DNA from: Octopus bimaculoides
Taxonomy: Eukaryota
Assembly: GCF_001194135.2 (NCBI RefSeq)
Contig: NC_068991.1
Location: forward strand, 12,174,581 to 12,207,553
Length of the DNA stretch: 32,973 nucleotides
Direction: 5' to 3'
Each line of letters starts with the position of its first letter. Within the stretch, counting starts at the first letter, position 1. The translations under genes were made by a program, and so were the position numbers. The notes below the pieces were generated by a model. The model ran no database searches, had not been told where the DNA came from, and saw nothing but the letters and a program-made list of their open reading frames with translations. Of the stretch, positions 22,717 through 32,973 are shown in pieces.

Positions 22717-22786
22717 ATGTGACAGTGGTGGATTTTCATCGATGAGTTCATGAACCTTGGTTCTTTTCCCTAAAACTATATATATA
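22717..22786. repeat. About 70-bp interspersed repeat, second copy at 27674-27740
   Basis: Both loci share identical blocks gtggattttcatcgatgagttc and ttttccctaaaactatatat. Confidence 0.8.
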
Positions 22787-23370
22787 NNNNNNNNNNNNNN
22801 NNNNNNNNNNNNNNNNNNNNNNNNNNNNNNNNNNNNNNNNNNNNNNNNNNNNNNNNNNNNNNNNNNNNNNNNNNNNNNNNNNNNNNNNNNNNNNNNNNNN
22901 NNNNNNNNNNNNNNNNNNNNNNNNNNNNNNNNNNNNNNNNNNNNNNNNNNNNNNNNNNNNNNNNNNNNNNNNNNNNNNNNNNNNNNNNNNNNNNNNNNNN
23001 NNNNNNNNNNNNNNNNNNNNNNNNNNNNNNNNNNNNNNNNNNNNNNNNNNNNNNNNNNNNNNNNNNNNNNNNNNNNNNNNNNNNNNNNNNNNNNNNNNTA
23101 TGAGGCCTACTACCAAACCAATCCCTGGTTTTCCGTCTAACATTCTATATAATCTCTACTGTCAAATCTTCAGTGAAGCAAAGAGTCACTACACTGGAGG
23201 TTCTCATTATTTGCAATACCAAAGATCCTTGTATTCAAATGAATTTTCCTAAGAATTCCAGACTTTGGAAAGTTCTGTCTACCCAGCCTCAACATTTTAT
23301 GAAAAACCAACAAACTCATTTATGCATATTTATTTGTCAATTAAAGGATTAAGCAACTGAATAGACGTCT

Positions 23371-23696
23371 GCATGGATGTGTAGTTGAACATTTCGCTTC
23401 GCACTCACGTGGTTTCAGGTTCAGTTCTATTGCGCGGCACTATAGCCCCAAACCGGCAAATGCCTTGCAGTTGAACTTGGTAGACTGCATGTTTGTTCCA
23501 CGCCACATCGCTGGGCAACCGCTGTTGGTCTGGTCACGTCCCCGTCATATAGTGGTTCAGCAAACAAAGCACTGAGAGAACAATTAACAGATTATTCTTT
23601 CAAACAACGTAACCGTGTTAATTTTGCTCGACTAAATCAGTTTAAGTTGGTGTCCCAGCATGGTCGCAGTCCAATGCCTGGAAAACAAGTCAAAGA
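23371..23696 (+). mobile_element. Old degenerate full-length SINE family A
   Basis: Collinear remnants: caggttcagttc, ctatagcc, cttggtagac, catcgctgggcaacc, gtggttcagcaa, ctcgactaaa, ggtgtcccagcatggtcgcagtc. Confidence 0.7.
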
Positions 23697-23819
23697 TGGC
23701 GGTGTAAAAGTGTCACCATATAAAAATTCGTATTACCATTGTCATTGTTCATGTTTTTTTGTTGATTGTATATACATGAGTTTCTACTATTTTATGTTTC
23801 ATGTTTGATACATCGATAG

Positions 23820-23870
<51 letters not shown>

Positions 23871-24561
23871 NNNNNNNNNNNNNNNNNNNNNNNNNNNNNN
23901 NNNNNNNNNNNNNNNNNNNNNNNNNNNNNNNNNNNNNNNNNNNNNNNNNNNNNNNNNNNNNNNNNNNNNNNNNNNNNNNNNNNNNNNNNNNNNNNNNNNN
24001 NNNNNNNNNNNNNNNNNNNNNNNNNNNNNNNNNNNNNNNNNNNNNNNNNNNNNNNNNNNNNNNNNNNNNNNNNNNNNNNNNNNNNNNNNNNNNNNNNNNN
24101 NNNNNNNNNNNNNNNNNNNNNNNNNNNNNNNNNNNNNNNNNNNNNNNNNNNNNNNNNNNNNNNNNNNNNNNNNNNNNNNNNNNNNNNNNNNNNNNNNNNN
24201 NNNNNNNNNNNNNNNNNNNNNNNNNNNNNNNNNNNNNNNNNNNNNNNNNNNNNNNNNNNNNNNNNNNNNNNNNNNNNNNNNNNNNNNNNNNNNNNNNNNN
24301 NNNNNNNNNNNNNNNNNNNNNNNNNNNNNNNNNNNNNNNNNNNNNNNNNNNNNNNNNNNNNNNNNNNNNNNNNNNNNNNNNNNNNNNNNNNNNNNNNNNN
24401 NNNNNNNNNNNNNNNNNNNNNNNNNNNNNNNNNNNNNNNNNNNNNNNNNNNNNNNNNNNNNNNNNNNNNNNNNNNNNNNNNNNNNNNNNNNNNNNNNNNN
24501 NNNNNNNNNNNNNNNNNNNNNNNNNNNNNNNNNNNNNNNNTATACATAAATATATATATGT

Positions 24562-24965
24562 AGGCGCATGAGTGGTAAGAAGCTTGCTTACCAACCAGAT
24601 CGTTCCGAGTTCAGTCCCACTGCCTGACACTTTAGGAAAGTGTCTTCTACTATAGCCTCGGGCCGACCAAAGCTTTGTGAGTGGATTTGGTAGACAGAAA
24701 CTGAAAGAAGCTCATCGTATATATATATATATATATGTATAATTGTATGTATGTATATGAATGTAATTGTGTGTCTGTGTTTGTCTCCCCGCCATCGCTT
24801 GACAACCGATGCTGGTGTGTTTACGTCCACGTAAATTAGCGGTTCGGAAAAAGAGACCGATCGAATAAGTATTAGGCTTACAAGAGTCGATTTCTTCGAC
24901 TAAAGGCGGTGCTCCAGCCTGGCCGCAGTCAAATGACTGAAGCAAGTAAAACAATAAAAGAAAAG
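24562..24965 (+). mobile_element. Near full-length SINE family A
   Basis: Collinear with 19901-20322, including the internal microsatellite and tail. Confidence 0.92.
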
Positions 24966-25026
24966 TGTACATGCATATATATGTGTGGGTTTGTGCCTCT
25001 GTTTGTACACGCCGGCGCGTGTGTGA

Positions 25027-25049
25027 TCCCTGGTAGTCTAGTGGTTAGG
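25027..25049 (+). pseudogene. tRNA-Glu-like 5' fragment
   Basis: TCCCTGGTAGTCTAGTGGTTAGG matches the recalled animal tRNA-Glu 5' end TCCCTGGTGGTCTAGTGGTTAGG at 22/23. There is no anticodon arm and no 3' acceptor strand. Confidence 0.55.
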
Positions 25050-25057
25050 GCGATTGC

Positions 25058-25185
25058 TTGTGGTTGTTGAGCTCAAAATCACAAAATCTTCGGTACGATT
25101 CCAGGACTGAGTATCACATTATGTCTTGGAACAAGGGACTGCGTTTTACGTTAGGTCAGTCTACCCAACGCGCTACAGAACAAGT
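25058..25185 (+). mobile_element. Degenerate tRNA-SINE head/core
   Basis: B-box-like ggtacgattcc followed by tcttggaacaaggga..gtcagtctaccc, similar to 16010-16130 and 31940-32040. Confidence 0.4.
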
Positions 25186-25596
25186 CCGGGATAATTTTGA
25201 TACTACCTCGGACATGTAACAACATTGGGTAAAGGGGAAATCACCAGACGTTCTGTTTACCTTATACAGTATGAAGTTATCTCGTATAAATCTTATATTT
25301 AGTAGCGAACAATCATTTGTTTGAGATTATCTTCGCATTAACAGCACATGTTCAGAGTATTTAAATCTAAAAACAAGAAGCAAGTGGATATAGTTTCTAC
25401 AATAACAGCTGATCCAAATGTTGAGCAACAACAGTCAATAACATACGAAAGTCAATAGTGGCAGGCCTTGTTCTGTTCGCCACCTCGTGATAACAACGCA
25501 CATGTTTTCACTTTGTAAGGTCTTATGAACGAAAGACATTCATTGGCAACTGGTTTCATTTAGAATGGTCAATTTATATACAGGAATGCTGGGTGT

Positions 25597-26160
25597 GTTT
25601 ACCAATATTATGTAGATGTTACAATACCCCCGAGATAGACTTCTGTATCATTTATATAATTAATATAGAGTAGATTTACTTGTACGTGATATGATTGGGA
25701 AAATAATACAACTAAAACGAAATGATACTAAAATGTATACATTGGCTAGACACTTTTAAATAATTACGTGAATATATTCAGGTGAAAGCATTTATTTTAA
25801 TATGTATATATTCATGTGAATATATGTATGAATTTTTTTAATATTTATATATTCATGTGAGATATNNNNNNNNNNNNNNNNNNNNNNNNNNNNNNNNNNN
25901 NNNNNNNNNNNNNNNNNNNNNNNNNNNGTTTACCAATATTATGTAGATGTTACAATACCCCCGAGATAGACTTCTGTATCATTTATATAATTAATATAGA
26001 GTAGATTTACTTGTACGTGATATGATTGGGAAAATAATACAACTAAAACGAAATGATACTAAAATGTATACATTGGCTAGACACTTTTAAATAATTACGT
26101 GAATATATTCAGGTGAAAGCATTTATTTTAATATGTATATATTCATGTGAATATATGTAT
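25597..26160. repeat. Identical 233-bp direct duplication (25597-25829 and 25928-26160) across a 62-N gap
   Basis: Identical text on both sides of gap 25866-25927; likely an unmerged contig overlap. Confidence 0.9.
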
Positions 26161-26484
26161 TTATTTTGGTACGTCTACGTCTAGAATATATTTTGTTTGG
26201 ATTGTTGTCAACTTAAACATCTTCATATTTCAATTTATTTTCTCTCTAAATATCAATATATTTTAATATAGTTTCTATGTATATTGTATTCAGTACCAAG
26301 TTCGATTTAAACTCCACTATAACTTGATATATTATTGTTGTAAGAACAAATTTATTTCCACATCTACTGGGGCCACTGTTATAACGATTTGGGAAATTTT
26401 TGAATTTCGATCTTACGGGTCGAGAAAGAAAGACCGGTGATTTACTGGGGACGATTCTACACACTTTGTTTGCTGTTATTTTCG

Positions 26485-26485
<1 letters not shown>

Positions 26486-26566
<81 letters not shown>

Positions 26567-26956
26567 GTCTTTGTCTCACTCTCTCAACCTCTCTCTCCCT
26601 TACACACACATACACGCACAGAATCACACTTTCACAAACACACATTCTCTCTCAGCTTCTTTCTACTCACTTTCTACTCAGATACATGTCTACCTACCTA
26701 CATACATACATGCATATATACATATCTATCTGACTGTGTCTCTATCTGTTTATCTATCTATCACTCTTTCAATCTATCAGTACATCCGTCTGCTTATCTA
26801 TCTACCTATCTATCTATCTATATATATGTGTGTGTGTGTGTGTATGTGTGTGTGTGTGTGCCTGTGTGTGTGTGTGTGTGGTCCGTGTGTGTGTGTGTGT
26901 GTGTGTGTTTGCGTATGCATGTTTGGGTAGGTGCATGTATGCATAAGCTTTGTTTG

Positions 26957-26987
<31 letters not shown>

Positions 26988-27060
26988 TATGCACATATAT
27001 ATATTTACGCACATATGTTATATATATATATATATATATATACATATATATACATAATAT
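26486..27060. repeat. (CT)n 26486-26562, then (TACA)/(TATC)/(TG)/(TA) tracts
   Basis: Directly visible. Confidence 0.9.
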
Positions 27061-27673
27061 ATTTATATACAGATATGGCTGCCCGCTAACAAACTTTAAT
27101 GCAATATAACGATGTTCTATCCTATTTATGCTATTGAGCATTATTATTATGCGTTTGAGAATAGAATATTTCCTTATCTGTATATTTTAGAACATCCCAA
27201 CGCTTCTAGGAGAGAACACTTTGTTTACTTATATACCGTAATATATATATATATATANNNNNNNNNNNNNNNNNNNNNNNNNNNNNNNNNNNNNNNNNNN
27301 NNNNNNNNNNNNNNNNNNNNNNNNNNNNNNNNNNNNNNNNNNNNNNNNNNNNNNNNNNNNNNNNNNNNNNNNNNNNNNNNNNNNNNNNNNNNNNNNNNNN
27401 NNNNNNNNNNNNNNNNNNNNNNNNNNNNNNNNNNNNNNNNNNNNNNNNNNNNNNNNNNNNNNNNNNNNNNNNNNNNNNNNNNNNNNNNNNNNNNNNNNNN
27501 NNNNNNNNNNNNNNNNNNNNNNNNNNNNNNNNNNNNNNNNNNNNNNNNNNNNNNNNNNNNNNNNNNNNNNNNNNNNNNNNNNNNNNNNNNNNNNNNNNNN
27601 NNNNNNNNNNNNNNNNNNNNNNNNNNNNNNNNNNNNNNNNNNNNNNNNNNNNNNNNNNNNNNNNNNNNNNNNN

Positions 27674-27740
27674 TACATGTGATAGTGGATTTTCATCGAT
27701 GAGTTCTTGAAACTTGCTTATTTTCCCTAAAACTATATAT
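27674..27740. repeat. Second copy of the 70-bp repeat at 22717-22786
   Basis: Same identical blocks as above. Confidence 0.8.
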
Positions 27741-27902
27741 TTTATATATATTTTATCTATAAAGCTCAATATAATTTTGATTTTTTATAAATTGATTTTA
27801 ATTGAGTTTTTACCTGTAATTTTGGATTTTGTCCCTAATATTATTATATATATTATTATAATATAATATAATATATAATATTATTATATATATATATGTA
27901 TG

Positions 27903-27937
<35 letters not shown>

Positions 27938-28007
27938 GTATATGTATGTAGGTCGCACTGCTAACCCTGTGTCTCGCTGAAACTCTATCTGTGACACACT
28001 CGTAGTG

Positions 28008-28416
28008 GATATGAAGATCCTGGAAAGTCTAGCTCCCAGCTTTGGAAATAAAAGCTATACAAGCCATCGAAATGAGCGGCACTGTATAATGCCAAAGGTA
28101 CCGTCTCCTTCATCTCAGATAAGGACCCAGTATTGCATCAGCTTGAGTTTCAGGGTACCACAACTGTTTAACATCCTGCCAAGGAACCAAAGAGATCTGC
28201 AAGGTGTAGGTATGAAAAGGTTCAAAGAAGCACCTGGACTAATTTCTATCTGAAATCCTTGATGAACCCTTATCACGGCAAGGGGTACAAAGAAAAGCAG
28301 CTGCGTCCCCCTCGCTTCTTCGCAAAAAAAAGGGAAAAATAGGGATCTTGAAACACTAAAAAGTGGTGCTCTAGCAAGGCACCAGCCTCTGGATCGAACC
28401 TGTAAAAGAATTAAAG
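28008..28416 (+). mobile_element. 5'-truncated CR1-type LINE: ORF2 C-terminus plus 3' UTR (dead)
   Basis: KILESLAPSFG..RHCIMPKVP..IRTQYCISLSFRVPQLFNILPRN.RDL..FK, then after a +1 shift KHLD*FLSEILDEP..AAASPSLL. This matches the known CR1/L2-group ORF2 tail pattern (WKIL.GL.P..RGP.LFN.LP..FK..LD.FL..PDEP..A.SNSL). One frameshift and one stop. Confidence 0.85.
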
Positions 28417-28417
28417 A

Positions 28418-28474
28418 ATGTCTGTGTGTGTATGTGAGTGTGTGTGTGTGTGCGTGTGTGCGAGAGAGAAAGAC

Positions 28475-28523
<49 letters not shown>

Positions 28524-28584
28524 CTGACAGGCAGACAGAGAGACAGAGTGACAGACAGACAGACAGACAGATAGATAGATCGAT

Positions 28585-28619
<35 letters not shown>

Positions 28620-28800
28620 ATCAGACAGACAGATATAGATATAAGTATGCATGTATAAGATATAAGTATTCATGTACAAAGATACATACATACATACATA
28701 CATACATACATACATACATACACACATACATACAAGCATGCATACATATATACATATATGCGTATATACATATATACAGATGCATGCATATACAGATATA
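28418..28800. repeat. (TG)n, (GATA)n, (GACA)n, (TACA)n directly after the LINE tail
   Basis: Directly visible. Confidence 0.9.
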
Positions 28801-29082
28801 GAGAGAGACAAAATGTCAGCCATGCAGATAAGCGGATAGATACAGAAAGACAGAAAGAGGTGTGGAGAGCGAGAGAAGCAGAACCTAACACCAGTCTTAT
28901 CTATTCTGTGCAGATCTTCTCATGTACACAATCGATAGCTTGAATTAAATAAATAAACAAATAAAAATCTTGAATTTTACCGCCACCTATCTGAACCCGT
29001 ACCAATTATTTATCTCAACGTTCTGCCTCTTTTGTTTCCGTTTCCTTTACTTCAATTTCGGTTTTTGTTTCTAGTTTTTTAC

Positions 29083-29133
29083 TTTGATTTATCTCCCCTG
29101 TCGTAACATGTTTTTGATTTATCTCCCTTGTCG
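29083..29133. repeat. 21-bp direct repeat, period 30
   Basis: tttgatttatctcccctgtcg and tttgatttatctcccttgtcg. Confidence 0.8.
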
Positions 29134-29248
29134 CAATTCGTATGAATTCGTAATTTGTTCGTTATGTTATTATTTTTTTGGTAATATATTTTATACATTA
29201 TTTCATTCACATGAAATCTAGACTGTCAAATAAATATATATACCAAAT

Positions 29249-29254
<6 letters not shown>

Positions 29255-29315
<61 letters not shown>

Positions 29316-29740
29316 TTAATATATTGAAATATTTTAAAATATACAAAAATAAAATTTACAATATGGATTGACAGTGCATTCGGTTAATTAATGAAGAATT
29401 ATGGCATTTTGTGGCGTTTCTTTAACGCCAAGATGAAATCAAGAGTACGCAGACATTATCCGCTGATTGTCTTCCATATTATGTTTCGGTGTTCATCCGC
29501 AAACAAGCTCCCAAAGAGCGTGTATTAGTGTATGTACGTACGTATGTATGTATGTATGTATGTATGTATGTATGTATGTATGCGTGTAAATATATATATA
29601 TATATATATATGTACGTATGTTTATATGTATGTTTGTTTGCATGTATGTAGGCATATATATACATATATATATATATATATGTATGTATGTATGTATGTA
29701 CGTATGCCGGTAGATAACTATGTATGTATGTTTCTATGCA
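29255..29740. repeat. (TA)n 29255-29308 and (TATG)n field 29510-29740
   Basis: Directly visible. Confidence 0.9.
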
Positions 29741-30041
29741 TGTGGGAATGGTCTAGAAATATTACGCGCACAAATGCATGCTTATAGGTAGGTCAACGTA
29801 ACGTTTGGGTATGGCCATAATTTGAAACACGGACAAAACAGGCAGATTGACGACCTCATAGCATAACAAACTTACATGAATGTCCGCAGTATGGACACTG
29901 ACAGGAATAAAATGCACTCAATTATTATGATTGCAAATAAAGCATATCCCATTATATATATATGACAAAGGAAATTATAACGAGATTAACATCACTGTGT
30001 TGTAGCACACGTGTGTATGTACATAGATATATGTATATATA

Positions 30042-30213
30042 GGAGAATATACAAATAATAACAACAGACGAGGACAGGTGGTGTAAATAACAAAAGGATA
30101 TATTAGTATGACGCTCGGGAATACGGAAAGTCTTTGACGTTTCGAGCTACGCTCTTCAACAGAAAGAATACTGAGACAAGGAGAAAAACACGGAGAAAAA
30201 AAAAATTGATTGA

Positions 30214-30215
<2 letters not shown>
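30042..30215 (-). mobile_element. Repeat family P, copy 2
   Basis: ggagaatatacaaa..acaacagacgaggacaggtggtgta..acgctcggga..gtctttgacgtttcgagctacgctcttcaacagaaag. Confidence 0.8.
30130..30168 (-). ncRNA. Minimal type-I hammerhead-like motif (family P), best preserved copy
   Basis: Reverse complement: TCTTT-CTGTTGA-A-GAGC-gta-GCTC-GAAAC-GTC-AAAGA; 5-bp helix I, 4-bp helix II, GUC triplet, self-complementary ACGU helix III. Confidence 0.6.
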
Positions 30216-30259
<44 letters not shown>

Positions 30260-30559
30260 NNNNNNNNNNNNNNNNNNNNNNNNNNNNNNNNNNNNNNNNN
30301 NNNNNNNNNNNNNNNNNNNNNNNNNNNNNNNNNNNNNNNNNNNNNNNNNNNNNNNNNNNNNNNNNNNNNNNNNNNNNNNNNNNNNNNNNNNNNNNNNNNN
30401 NNNNNNNNNNNNNNNNNNNNNNNNNNNNNNNNNNNNNNNNNNNNNNNNNNNNNNNNNNNNNNNNNNNNNNNNNNNNNNNNNNNNNNNNNNNNNNNNNNNN
30501 NNNNNNNNNNNNNNNNNNNNNNNNNNNNNNNNNNNNNNNNNNNNNNNNNNNNNNNNNNN

Positions 30560-30610
30560 ACTTCTGCTGACTCTTTCACCACAACTTTCTTCCTCTCTTT
30601 CCTCCTGCGT
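30560..30610 (+). mobile_element. Fragment of SINE family C emerging from the gap
   Basis: ctgctgactctttcaccacaactttct matches ttgctgtactctttcaccacaactttct at about 9635-9662. Confidence 0.7.
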
Positions 30611-30630
30611 CTATATATATATATATATAG

Positions 30631-30800
30631 GGAGAATTCACAAAAACACAACAGACGAAGACAGGTGGTGTAGACAACAAACAGATGTATTAGTTTAACG
30701 CTCGGGAAGTGAAGAAGTCTTTAACGTTTCGAGCCTACGCTCTTCCACAGAAAAGAACACAGAGAAAGAAACAAGGAGAGAAACAAGCAGAGAAAAAAAA
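30631..30800 (-). mobile_element. Repeat family P, copy 3
   Basis: ggagaattcacaaaaacacaacagacgaagacaggtggtgta..acgctcgggaa..gtctttaacgtttcgagcctacgctcttccacagaaaag. Confidence 0.8.
30717..30755 (-). ncRNA. Minimal type-I hammerhead-like motif (family P)
   Basis: Reverse complement: CTTTT-CTGTGGA-A-GAGC-gtag-GCTC-GAAAC-GTT-AAAGA; AACGTT palindrome. Confidence 0.55.
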
Positions 30801-31740
30801 TGTGTGTAGTGGTCAGCGATCTATCATGGTGAATATATACACATGCATACATATATACATAGATATGTGTTTGCATGCGCGCGCGCGCGTGTGTGTGTGT
30901 GTGCGTGTGTGTGTGTGTATACACATGGGTGCATAGATACAATGCTGATTTGTCATTGGCATTGTGTATTTCTTTTAACACCAAAAAACAAGAACATCAA
31001 ATAACAACAGATTATATCTGCATGGAGATATGCGTGTATGTATATATACATATATATATATATATANNNNNNNNNNNNNNNNNNNNNNNNNNNNNNNNNN
31101 NNNNNNNNNNNNNNNNNNNNNNNNNNNNNNNNNNNNNNNNNNNNNNNNNNNNNNNNNNNNNNNNNNNNNNNNNNNNNNNNNNNNNNNNNNNNNNNNNNNN
31201 NNNNNNNNNNNNNNNNNNNNNNNNNNNNNNNNNNNNNNNNNNNNNNNNNNNNNNNNNNNNNNNNNNNNNNNNNNNNNNNNNNNNNNNNNNNNNNNNNNNN
31301 NNNNNNNNNNNNNNNNNNNNNNNNNNNNNNNNNNNNNNNNNNNNNNNNNNNNNNNNNNNNNNNNNNNNNNNNNNNNNNNNNNNNNNNNNNNNNNNNNNNN
31401 NNNNNNNNNNNNNNNNNNNNNNNNNNNNNNNNNNNNNNNNNNNNNNNNNNNNNNNNNNNNNNNNNNNNNNNNNNNNNNNNNNNNNNNNNNNNNNNNNNNN
31501 NNNNNNNNNNNNNNNNNNNNNNNNNNNNNNNNNNNNNNNNNNNNNNNNNNNNNNNNNNNNNNNNNNNNNNNNNNNNNNNNNNNNNNNNNNNNNNNNNNNN
31601 NNNNNNNNNNNNNNNNNNNNNNNNNNNNNNNNNNNNNNNNNNNNNNNNNNNNNNNNNNNNNNNNNNNNNNNNNNNNNNNNNNNNNNNNNNNNNNNNNNNN
31701 NNNNNNNNNNNNNNNNNNNNNNNNNNNNNNNNNNNNNNNN

Positions 31741-31900
31741 GGTGGTGGTGGTGGTGGTGATGGAGGTGGTGGTAGTAGTAGTAGTAGTAGTGGTGATGGT
31801 GGAGGGCATGGTTGTGGTGCCTGTGGTGGTTGAGATATAGGTGCTAGTGTTGGTTGTGGTGGTTTTAATGTTGGGAATGTTGATGGCGGTGTTATTGATG
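31741..31900. repeat. (GGT)n/(AGT)n degenerate triplet tract
   Basis: Directly visible; follows gap 31067-31740. Confidence 0.85.
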
Positions 31901-32180
31901 CATAAAGACCAGTGGTTTTAGGGGTTAGTGGATACAATCCACGATCGTAAAGCCGTGAGTTCGATTCGCGGCAGCACTTTTTATCAGTGTGTGCTAACTT
32001 TATTTCAAGCTGCCCCAAGTCTACCCAGGCAACAAAAATGAATATTACCCGTATTTCAAAGAGCCAGCCTTATCACACTTCTATCACACTGTGTGTCACT
32101 TTGAATCTCTCTGAGAACTACAATAACGGTACGTGTGTCTGTGGAATACTCAGCCACTTGCACGTTAATCTCACGAGCAG
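31900..32180 (+). mobile_element. Diverged tRNA-SINE related to family C (different central segment)
   Basis: B-box gagttcgattc; the 3' body tttcaaagagccagcc..ctgagaactac..gtgtctgtggaatactcagccacttgcacgttaatctcacgagcag matches 9697-9810. Confidence 0.75.
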
Positions 32181-32184
32181 ATTA

Positions 32185-32327
32185 TTCTTATTTCTTTATT
32201 GCCCACAAGGGGCTAAAGATAGAGGAGACAAACAAGGACAGACAAAGGGATTAAGTCGATTACATCGAACCCTAGTGCGTAACTGGTACTTAATTTATCG
32301 ACCCCGAAAGGATGAAAGGCAAAGTCG
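32185..32327 (-). mobile_element. 5'-truncated SINE B (tail type 2) abutting the SINE C-like copy
   Basis: Near-identical to 3299-3437. Confidence 0.9.
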
Positions 32328-32361
32328 CGGATCAATGAAATACACATACTACTCCACAAAA

Positions 32362-32394
<33 letters not shown>

Positions 32395-32797
32395 ATCTCT
32401 CTCTCTCTCTCTCTCGCTCTCTCGCACACACACACACACACAGACACTGCGGCAATAACTATGAAGGAAACAGTTTTACAATCATATTATCACTTGAACC
32501 ACAAAAAGAAAAGGAAAAAACATTGTATCAAGACACAAAATAAAAACAAAAATCAACAACAGTGGCAGCTACAAAAACGGCAAAAACAACACCAAATACA
32601 GCAACAAATACTACAACGACAACAACAACAATAACAACACATATCTACCTATGACAAAGCAGTAACAATGACTAAACAGACAGCGTGACCATCAACCATC
32701 ACAAAACAAACGAAACAGGAAAAAAAATAACCTGACTAAACTCGAACTGAAACTGTATATACGTAATACTTAGTCTTCGCCCTCATTCTCTCCCCCC

Positions 32798-32854
<57 letters not shown>

Positions 32855-32937
32855 AATATATATATATATATATATGTAATATGTATATGATATGTATACA
32901 TACAAGCATATTCAGAAAATATATATATATATTAATT

Positions 32938-32973
<36 letters not shown>
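32362..32973. repeat. (CT)n/(CA)n, CAA-rich low complexity, (CT)n and (TA)n
   Basis: Directly visible. Confidence 0.85.

Noticed and set aside
26405-26460. acgggtcgagaaagaaagaccggtgatttactgggg, a SINE B core-like trace
   Set aside because: Too diverged to call boundaries or family with confidence.
656-31840. Long ORFs containing X runs
   Set aside because: Artefacts of reading through N gaps.

Overview
Non-coding, repeat-dominated eukaryotic DNA from a fragmented draft assembly. It has 15 N-gaps totalling about 5.5 kb, nearly all flanked by microsatellites. The extreme density of (TA)n/(TG)n/(GATA)n/triplet tracts and the style of the SINEs suggest a cephalopod (Octopus-like) genome; this is inference, not a database match. 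I cannot support any intact protein-coding gene. Almost all listed ORFs are translations of microsatellites, SINEs or N-runs. Interpretable content: at least 4 tRNA-headed SINE-like families (my labels A, B, C, E; about 20 copies), the 3' end of a CR1-type LINE, an internally deleted Tc1/mariner-like remnant, and a roughly 170-bp repeat family (P, 3 copies). The main signal is minimal type-I hammerhead-ribozyme-like motifs of the kind known from Penelope-like retroelements. They occur in all three family P copies (non-canonical CUGUNGA core, invariant helix II, NUH triplet) and in the tail of a tRNA-headed SINE (family E). Other structural findings: a fixed dimeric form of SINE B, swappable SINE tails, and a 3' tail shared between SINE A and the CR1 remnant. 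Family names are provisional; no searches were run.
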